Assembly (NCBI GenBank): GCA_032718475.1 | Contig: JAUCBJ010003217.1 | Coordinates: 1-59,446 of the forward strand | Length of the DNA stretch: 59,446 bases | From: Nemertoderma westbladi | Lineage: Eukaryota; Animalia; Xenacoelomorpha | Direction of reading: 5' to 3' | Part shown: positions 51,204 to 59,446 of the stretch, piece after piece | Layout of the letters: each line of letters begins with the position of its first letter | Numbering within the stretch: position 1 is the stretch's first letter | Made by a program: the position numbers and the translations under genes | Notes under the pieces: generated by a model | Seen by the model: the letters and a program-made list of their open reading frames with translations, nothing else | The model's database searches: none | Told to the model about the DNA's origin: nothing

Positions 51204-52409
51204 CTATTCTTTAATTTTTTCTTTAAGATAAATGAAGACTTCCTTAGCATCACAACTCTTAATATTAGCGGGTTCTGGCAATATCTGAGTGCACTTTCTT
51301 ATAACCTCACAGTCCATAATACGGGTCTTACTATAGTCAGTGATACCTAGTTGCTCTGCAACCAGTTGCAAGTCATGTAAATCAAAATCGAGCGAGTATT
51401 TCTGGCCACCGTATGTTTCGGGAAAATCAAACATATGATTTGGAATTCCCGTTGGTAATCCTATCTTCTGTGCTCGAATTCTATGTGAGTTCCAGTTTGA
51501 CACGAACATATCGCAATCCTTCTGCACAATGGGTATGTAAACGTAGGCCATAACAAGCCTGTCATTTGCGTTATGTGGATCGTATTGATTCGTAACTAAC
51601 AGATCTGTAAGTTGATCCTTATAATACATTTCCATGCGTTCGTGAAGATCCCTCCACCATCGTTCAATTTTATTGGTCGTGGAAGGCCCAAATATTATAG
51701 CTTCTGTTGGGTCATCCATAATATCTTGTTGATCTATAAGGTATGAATGCAATGTAGCTAGCTTACCCATCTCGGTACCTCTATCGCACCTAATGAACAC
51801 TGGCATACACTTTATTTCAGTAAGTAAATCATAATATAGTGAGGCGATAGCTAAAGGCTGTGAGTTGGAGAATAAAACATTGATTTTAAGTACTTTTCTA
51901 GAATAAGTATCTAAAAACGCAAAAACCCCCAGGGGAAATGTACTGTTTTGGTATCCACATAATTTGTCGTGGCCGTCTATACTCAGCGTCTGAAAAGAAC
52001 CACCACTTTCAAATAGACTTCTCACACGTTTATCTTTAAACCTGGGTGTCCTTTCTTCAGTACCTCTTGGATCAACGTCTCGTAGTATGTCCGAAACTAG
52101 GCTACGTGGAACTTTTAAGTTATGTTTATCACGGAGAACTTGATGCATTCCTCTATATCCAAGTTTCTGAGAAGGGCCGTCTAACTCACTAACTATAGCA
52201 GCCATAACGATCTGCGGATCACAGTCATCTATATACCTAATTTCAAAATGCTTCATGCGGCGACTTAATGTGGCCAAACTCCATGCATATTCATCAAAAT
52301 CGCGTTCCATGTAGTTAAGAATCTCCATTTTTTTGTAGTTTTTCTTTACATACCAAGCCAAAGCCGCTTTAAGAATCTTGTCATCCTTCCATTCTGTTCG
52401 TGGTGGCAT
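51204..52409 (-). CDS. Integrase-core (RNase H fold) DDE transposase, 401 aa from ATG 52409
   Basis: N-terminal HTH-like region (SLATLSRRMKHFEI; LGYRGMHQVL). Catalytic motifs SIDGHDKL, DTYSRK, IRCDRGTE and GPSTTNKIERWWRDL, then WNSHRIR...P.GIP. Confidence 0.9.
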   Translation of the reverse strand: MPPRTEWKDDKILKAALAWYVKKNYKKMEILNYMERDFDEYAWSLATLSRRMKHFEIRYIDDCDPQIVMAAIVSELDGPSQKLGYRGMHQVLRDKHNLKVPRSLVSDILRDVDPRGTEERTPRFKDKRVRSLFESGGSFQTLSIDGHDKLCGYQNSTFPLGVFAFLDTYSRKVLKINVLFSNSQPLAIASLYYDLLTEIKCMPVFIRCDRGTEMGKLATLHSYLIDQQDIMDDPTEAIIFGPSTTNKIERWWRDLHERMEMYYKDQLTDLLVTNQYDPHNANDRLVMAYVYIPIVQKDCDMFVSNWNSHRIRAQKIGLPTGIPNHMFDFPETYGGQKYSLDFDLHDLQLVAEQLGITDYSKTRIMDCEVIRKCTQILPEPANIKSCDAKEVFIYLKEKIKE

Positions 52410-52812
52410 AGCAGTATAGCGAGGCAATCGATGTCGTCCAATATAAATATAATAATGAAATTTCAATGTATGCGGTTTACTACCGGTAGCAGTTTCTGAA
52501 TAACAGCAGAACAGATAACAGCATTGGCACAAAGTCAATCAACGTACAGACGTACCGGTGACCGGTACCTGCAATCTATCAGTGGTCACTGGTCACCCTA
52601 CAGCCCTATACTGCTATAGGCTAATAATAGCCTGGGTATTTCTGTATTTATATAGCCATACTGCGAACTGCCATAGTCTTATACAGTTAGTTATAGTGCT
52701 TTTCTACGCTCAGCATACTCAAAGCAAAGAGCTTATTCAGTTACAGGTACCGGTACGCCTAGGGCCTTGCCACAAGTGCCACAACCGCAGAACCGATACC
52801 ACTACTGCACTA

Positions 52813-53202
52813 GCTGACTTCTGCTGTTCTGATTCTGTCTAGTGCAGTTCAACAGTAGTGCACTACCGGTACTCTACAGCTGGCAGCAAGGGAACTAGGT
52901 AGCCTGCCGTATGCGCATGCGCGCGCATGCGCATGTTAGGCCTATCCTCTGACAGTTCGATATGATACTCCTGGGCCAGCTACCATTACGACAGTCTGTT
53001 ATGATACTCATGGGCTGCGTGTTGTGAATGCGTTTTAAAATGCCTTTTAAAAATCGTTTTGAAATCGACTTTAAAATACATTTTAAATTGCATTTTATTT
53101 TTTGTTTGAATTTTTTTCATTTGCATTTTAAAATTAGTTTTTTTATTTCATTTAAAATTATATAAATATATTTTTTTGTTATGATACTCATGGGCCACCA
53201 TA
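52813..53202 (-). repeat. Right terminal inverted repeat (~390 bp)
   Basis: Reverse complement of 48696-49058. Confidence 0.92.
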
Positions 53203-53988
53203 GACCAGGTCAGTTAATAATGCAAACCCAAGGATATCAGCTGTAAGACCAGGTTAGTTAATACAAACCCAAGAGTATCAGCTGTAAGATCAGGATAGTT
53301 AATACATACCCAATAGTATCAGCTGTAAGACCAGGTCAGTTAATCAAGGGTATCAGCTGTAAGACCAGGTCAGTTAATAATACAAACACAAGGATATCAG
53401 CTATAAGACCAGGTTAGTTAATACAAACCCAAGAGCATCAGCTGTAAGACGAGGCCAGTTAAGACAAACCAAGAGTATCAGCTGTAAGACCAGGTCAGTT
53501 AATACAAACCCAAGTCAGCTGTAAAACCGGGTCAGTTAATACAAACCCAAGGGAAGGGTATCAGCTGTTAGACCAGGTCTGCTAATACAAACCCAAGGAT
53601 ATCAGCTGTACGACCAGGTCAGTTAATAATACCATGGTTATCAAGAGCATGTCAGTTTATTACAAATCCAAGGGTATCAGCTGTAAGACCCGGTTAATTA
53701 ATACAAACTCTAGGCTATCAGCTGTAAGTGTAAGACCAGGTCAGTTAATACAAACAAGGGTATCAGCTGTAAATGTAAGACCAGGTCAGTTAATACAAAC
53801 CCAAGGGTATCTGCTAGAAGGCCAGTTCAGTTAATAATACAAACCCAGGGGTATAAGCTGTAAAAGACCAGCTGTCATTTAATATAAACCCAAGGGTATA
53901 TGCTGTAAGACCAGGTCAGGTAATAATACAAACCCATGGGTATCAAGAGCAGGTCAGTTACTACAAACCCAAGGGTATCAGCTGTAAG
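53203..53988 (+). repeat. Continuation of the GRIP intron 1 donor array (right, more degenerate part, about 18 copies)
   Basis: The same TATCAGCTGTAAGACCAGGTCAGTTAATACAAACCCAAG unit resumes exactly after the TSD. Confidence 0.93.
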
Positions 53989-54228
53989 ATCTCATTAGTG
54001 GTGGTCGTGGCTGGACGGCGTTTTAATTGATTGAGTTGCAACAATGATCTTCCTATACTTTCAATTCTTCATTTATCCCTTGACTGACGAACATGTCATT
54101 TTTAGTTATAGATTTGCCTCTATTCCATCTTCATATCGAATCTTCTATAATAAATATTATTAGGGGCCGTTCTTTAAGGAGGTCCGAGAAAACCTTTGAT
54201 ATTTTTAACGACGTAATTTAATTTGCAG

Positions 54229-54370
54229 GAAGTGTTTCTTATCGATCTGATCTGGTTTGCGTTGGAGACTACATAACGGCAATAAACGGGATATCGACGG
54301 AATCGTTGAAACACAAAGAGATAGTAGCTTTAATGAGAAACGTTGGACTGAGACTGGTTCTAGAGATAGA
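54229..54370 (+). CDS. GRIP1: GRIP coding exon 2 (remainder of PDZ1), absent from the ORF track
   Basis: Acceptor TTTGCAG| and donor |GTTAGT. 142 bp, phase 1 to phase 2. Encodes GSVSYRSDLVCVGDYITAINGISTESLKHKEIVALMRNVGLRLVLEIE (cf. GRIP1 RSDQLDVGDYIKAVNGI...[20 protein letters not shown]). Confidence 0.92.
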
Positions 54371-54796
54371 GTTAGTTTATAGCAATTTAACATGTTACCT
54401 AAAAGGTTGTTGGGTCTTAACAACACGAGAGTGATGTTAATACTGAGTAATGGAAACGACAGTGTATAGCCACTGGAGTTGATACAAATAACATCTGTTT
54501 ACTCCTAAAAAAGTAACTATAACATGTTCTATTGACTTTAGTTTGTTGTTTTGGTTAGAATAACGCGCCACTGTAACCTGCTCTCTTCCCTAAATTGAGA
54601 ATTTAACACTGAGGCGGATATTAATTCGACGAGTTGTGATTTGCGTCAAGTTGTGATTTGCTGTCTCCAAAAATTAGAATTACTAACGGGCTTCCCGGGC
54701 AAAATAGATATCTTCGCTATTTGGCCCGTGGCTAACGTGTCCCCTCGTACATTCATATCCTGGTTAATGCTAATGTATCATTTTCTTTTGTTCCAG

Positions 54797-54956
54797 GTAC
54801 GAAATACCATGTGCGCCATCTTACGTCGCTGGTATGAACATAAAACTTAAAACGGTGGATGTTTTTTTATCGAAGGAGGGCGATTCTGTCGGTTTAACTT
54901 TACGAGGGGGAGTTCAGGAGACCACCGGATATTGTAGTTCCCTTACAGTTACACAA
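54797..54956 (+). CDS. GRIP1: GRIP coding exon 3 (start of PDZ2); the gene continues beyond what I can identify here
   Basis: Acceptor TTTTCTTTTGTTCCAG| and donor CAA|GTAAGT. The frame joins exon 2. Encodes YEIPCAPSYVAGMNIKLKTVDVFLSKEGDSVGLTLRGGVQETTGYCSSLTVTQ (cf. GRIP1 YELP...[21 protein letters not shown]). Confidence 0.9.
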
Positions 54957-55692
54957 GTAAGTCCATTCCTTACAGTTACACAAGTAAGTCCATTCCTTAC
55001 AGTTACACAAGTAAGTCAATTCCTTACAGTTACACAAGTAAGTCCATTCCTTACAGTTACACAAGTAAGTCCATTCCTTACAGTTACACAAGTAAGTCCA
55101 TTCCTTACAGTTACACAAGTAAGTCCATTTCTTACAGATACACAAGTAAGTCCATTCCTTACAGTTACACAAGTAAGTCCATTCCTTACAGTTACACAAG
55201 TAAGTCAATTCCTTACAGTTACACAAGTAAGTCCATTCCTTACAGTTACACAAGTAAGTCCATTCCTTACAGTTACACAAGTAAGTCCATTCCTTACAGT
55301 TACACAAGTAAGTCCATTCCTTACAGTTACACAAGTAAGTCCATTCCTTACAGTTACACAAGAAAGTCCATTCCATACAGTTACACAAGTAAGTCCATTC
55401 CTTACAGTTACACAAGTAAGTCCATTCCTTACAGTTACACAAGTAAGTCCATTCCTTACAGTTACACAAGTAAGTACATTCCTTACAGTTACAAAAGTAA
55501 GTCCATTCCTTACAGTTACACAAGTAAGTCCATTACTTACAGTTACACAAGTAGGTCCATTCCTTAACAGTTACACAAGTAAGTCCATTACTTACAGTTA
55601 CACAAGTAAGTCCATTCCTTACAGTTACACAAGTAAGTCCATTCCTTACAGTTACACAAGTAAGTCCATTCCTTACAGTTACACAAGTAAGT
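54941..55692 (+). repeat. 27-bp tandem array derived from the GRIP exon 3 end plus splice donor, about 28 copies
   Basis: Unit CCTTACAGTTACACAA|GTAAGTCCATT. The first unit is the coding LTVTQ plus the real donor. Confidence 0.97.
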
Positions 55693-55699
55693 GCACATT

Positions 55700-56610
55700 A
55701 TTTGGGGCGAGCCACAAAGTTGGCGGAGCCTTAGCAAACTGACACTTTTAGGGGGGTGGGTCAATAATGGCAAATAGTTGTTGTCGTTGTCGTCGTCGTT
55801 ACAACTTTGACATGCTAATAACTTTTTTCGGATTTATAGCTGTCGAGTTGAAAAGTTGTAGGAATCATCAATAACACCACAAGTTGAGATCTTTTAGATA
55901 CTTTCAGACACCATCAATTCAACAGTCTCCCGCTAGAGGGTTACATTTCTAATCATTAAATGTCCTAATTTCTTTGCTTTTAATCCGTCCAAGCTAAAAC
56001 TTGGCAAATTTGTATTAGACCATTAGCGATGTTATTCAAAGTGGGCTAATCCGTCTGCAGTTCTCTTGACTGCCTGCTAGAGGGCGAAACGTCTCAAAGT
56101 GAACACCTTGACCCATCCCGTTATTTGTAATAATTTCAAGTGTAAACTTGTCAGATATGTGCTAGAACACATGCAGCGTCTTTTTGAGGAAGGTGATTCA
56201 TCTGCAGTTTTCCAGTCTGCCGCTAGAGGGCGAAATGTTTGAAAGGTAAAACCTTATCCCAATTCCGTGATTTTATTTCTATTAATTAAGCTGAATCTTG
56301 GCATATATGTACTATACCAGGTGCTTGTAAAGTATGTTAACAGTTCGCAGTTCTCCAGTCTACCGCTGGAGGGCTTGGCTGATAATGCATGCTAGACCAT
56401 AGACCATTGTTGGGATGGTAATCGCTCTGCAATTCTCCAGTATCCAGTCTACTGGGTATTTGTGAGGCCTTAAATCGACTGCAGTTACACAGTCTGCCTC
56501 TGGGTGATAAAGTGTTAAGGGGCATCTGCTTATATTTTGCTTACAATTCTTTTGAGTTGAACTTAACATAAGGTGGAGTCCCGTGCTGCGTGAAGGCCAC
56601 ACTTGGTATA
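55700..56610 (+). mobile_element. Putative Helentron-associated (HINE/DINE-1-like) non-autonomous element
   Basis: T-rich start, GC-rich subterminal segment, (GTT/GTC)n microsatellite at ~55777-55800, and four degenerate ~145-bp internal repeats marked by GCTAGAGGG at 55932, 56076, 56222 and 56365. Boundaries are approximate. Confidence 0.45.
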
Positions 56611-58123
56611 TTGTATGGTTAGTTACTGGTTAGTTTCATTATGTATAAGCTTTTCTTTTCTTTTTTTTTGAGAATGGCTTCCGGTCATAATGGTGCAAAA
56701 GCTACCCATCAGCTAATTGATAATATTTTTTAACAGCAGTAAACTTACTATGTTGGCCTTTTCATATTCACCGATACTTTCATGAAGGTTTGATATATCC
56801 TCCACACCATTGAAAAGAAACCATTTCACACAAACACATATTTACAGACGTCAGCGACAGCAGTGAATACTGATGCCATTTCCTATCAGTACTTTAACAA
56901 TACAATTTAATCATGTCCATTCGGACTGACTGTTTCCTTAACGGATTAGTTTTGTTTGTTTGGAATTGAGTCAACTAAACTTTACTCATGTAGCAGATAA
57001 TATTGTTTGCCTATTATAGGCCAACCTTTGACATTTTAGTCATATGTTATTTTAGTTATTATATTTAAGTTTCCTGTAAATACAAACGCCACAAGTCCTG
57101 TCATTGTTTTAGTGGTGGGCTCACTCACTACCAGGACACAGAGTTCGTGACTGGTGAGAAATAATATAGTTGTTGCGCCAAAAATTTGTTGGGCTAGAAA
57201 CAATCGAATAAGGGATATCAAGGTGCCCTGAATTGATTGGCGGGGTTTGTTTTTTGTAAAAACACGAGGAAACGGACGAAATGGCGGGTTTAAGAAAGAG
57301 CGGGAAGTCAATACTCCGTACTCAATACAGCTTGGAGTTGGAATGTAGTATTGCCGCTTTAAATACTGCTGGAAACAGGATTTTATCCATCTTCATCATC
57401 ATTAATTAAATTAATTGTAGTGTCAACAGATGCGCAAGACTCTCCTCTCTGAATTTATATAAGCCACGTGTGAAATGATTGTGATGTAATGTGAATTTGA
57501 ATGGATGGAAAATCACTGTCCATGTAATCGCATGTAATCACTGTCCAAGGTAAGAAATTATCAGATCACTTGGTAGTCAAATCTGTAGACAGCCAATCAC
57601 AGCCGATTTTACAAATTGGCTTCCCACGCTTACTTAAACCCGCTATTTCGACCATATCATTGTGTTTTTACGAAAAGCACACTATTTTTTTCGCGCACTA
57701 TTATGTTTCAATAATTACATTACTCTTCTTTAGTACTGTTAGTACAGTGTACACGCTGTATTAAACGGATTCCACTAAATTGGGGCACAGTAGAACGACT
57801 AAATACACACGAAGTTCAAACCTCTGTAGGCAATCTTTTATTTTATAAAATGTTATATATTATCTATGTTGAGAAACCGCTGCTAAATTTTTTTAAATTC
57901 TGTCGCAACAGTTCCCAATCTATAGACCCTCATCCAACTTCAGTTATCTAAACACTACAATTATTCTCTCTCTAAATGTATTTCAACGGTGTGTCAAATT
58001 TTATCGTGTTCTAGAAAAGGAAGGTTCTTAAAGAGTAACACGACCGAACACAGTCGAACACACCCGAACACACTCCAAAAACTGCCGAACACAATCGAAA
58101 ATAGAAAGAGCACAAAAAAATAA

Positions 58124-59119
58124 CACCGGGTACCAACTTTTAGATAAAATTAGACACGCGTTGCTTTTCTATAAGTAAATCCCCGAAATTATTGAATAAA
58201 ATTGTCCGAAATTAAATATTCATTTCTTATCAGATCAGCTGATGGTATCAGGTATCATCTTAATTTGATGTGTCCTGTGTACTAGTACTGCTGTACCGTA
58301 CAACAAAATACTGAATTATGTAGGGAAGCCTACCGGGTACCTCATACCTGTCCTGTCACATATCTGCATAATATAGTAATAGAGTGTTAGTGAATAGGCC
58401 GTTTGCCTGTGTACTGGAATAGCTTGGGCTATGGGACTGATTACTAAAGATCTGAATTAGGAAGTTATGCCTACCACCGGTTACCGTACGTCCTGTACGA
58501 GTACGTGTACACTGACTGATACTGTGGTACATAACGTACGGCAGTACGGTAGCGGTAGGTACCGTTCAGCCGTTACCAGGTACCGGTACCTACCTGCCTA
58601 CTGCTGCACTGGAATATAAAGAGCTGGGGCTGGTAGTGATCCCTGGCCCTATGCTATCCACACTTAACTTTTGGTACTCTCGCCTCAGTGCATCTGCAGC
58701 TTCTGTCTGGAACCTGCGACTGATAGCGATAGCTATAGGTACCATCTCTTGGTCTGCCCGCGGTGTCCTTCTCTCTCTGCCCTCGCACTGTAACCCCTTT
58801 ATTATAGTCGGACTTCCACAGGTCCTTATCTTATTTGTGCTCCTTGCTTCTTATACATTATTTATTATTATTATTATTTAGTAATACAAATGTTGCCTCG
58901 ACGGAGGCGTATCCTTGTTAAAAAAAACCACACTTAACTTAGGCCTACTCCTACAGTACTAGCACTCGGTTAAATTATTAGTTGTATAGGCTTAGCGCTT
59001 AGGTTATAAGAAATATAAGAAATGAATATTTAATTTCGCGACGATTTTATTCAATAATTCGGGAATTTACTCATAGAAAAGCAACGCGTGGCTAATTTTA
59101 TCTAAAAGTTGGTACCCTG
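58124..59119. mobile_element. ~1-kb MITE with ~105-bp TIRs
   Basis: GGGTACCAACTTTTAGATAAAATTAG(A/C)CACGCGTTGCTTTTCTAT...AAATTAAATATTCATTTCTTAT at 58128-58230 is inverted at ~59015-59117. TSD not resolved. Confidence 0.85.
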
Positions 59120-59446
59120 TTACTATAAAAATGGCCAAAATGCATAAAATTTTACAAAAGCATGAAAATTGCTATGATGAAGCACAAAAGCAACTGCCTG
59201 TAATACCGGTACTTCTTCAAACGTAGTTTTACGGTATAGTTATCAGTATTTTTTAAACTTGTAATTTTTAAACTTGTTAAACTCTGAGCTTAATACTTCT
59301 GTACTGGAAATAATGGCATTGTGGCCATATTGTAAATATGCCCATACATGGCCCCCTCTTGATTTCTAGTAGTGGTTCCTTACCATAAATTTAAATCATG
59401 AATTGAAGTAATATCCGTTCATGGCGTTCATTTTATATAAATTTAA

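Larger units (their letters stand above)
48696..53202. mobile_element. Apparently autonomous 4507-bp DNA transposon, IS3EU-like, carrying an alpha-kinase
   Basis: Ends TATGGTGGCCCATGAGTATCATAAC / GTTATGATACTCATGGGCCACCATA. 6-bp TSD GACCAG at 48690-48695 and 53203-53208. Two convergent intact ORFs. TAY..RTA ends, a 6-bp TSD and two genes match IS3EU as I recall its definition. Confidence 0.92.

Noticed and set aside
54834-55742. 302-aa ORF with LTVTQVSPF repeats, and the antisense CNCKEWTYL 'metallothionein-like' ORF
   Set aside because: The plus ORF is GRIP exon 3 reading through its donor into the repeat. The Cys-rich antisense ORF is a by-product of the same repeat.
57421-57549. AG...GTAAGA-bounded segment as GRIP exon 4
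   Set aside because: It has a stop in the required phase-0 frame and no similarity to the expected PDZ2 continuation (VRPGGPADREG-like).

Overview
AT-rich genomic DNA from an animal, probably an invertebrate. About 40% of the window is locus-specific tandem arrays with units of 47, 31, 41, 54, ~42 and 27 bp. Genes: a signal-peptide ORF built of KR-delimited repeats (candidate multi-copy neuropeptide precursor), an intronless cytochrome P450, an intronless JTB-POMK pair only 62 bp apart, and the first three coding exons of a GRIP-family multi-PDZ gene. GRIP intron 1 holds an apparently intact 4.5-kb DNA transposon (TAT...ATA ends, ~370-bp TIRs, 6-bp TSD, IS3EU-like) that encodes an integrase-type DDE transposase and, convergently, an alpha-kinase with its catalytic motifs intact. 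At least two arrays, and probably a third, are tandem amplifications of an exon end plus its 5' splice donor. Several MITEs, a tRNA-derived SINE and LINE debris are also present. All family assignments come from motif recognition by eye; no searches were run, and copy numbers are estimates from span divided by unit length.
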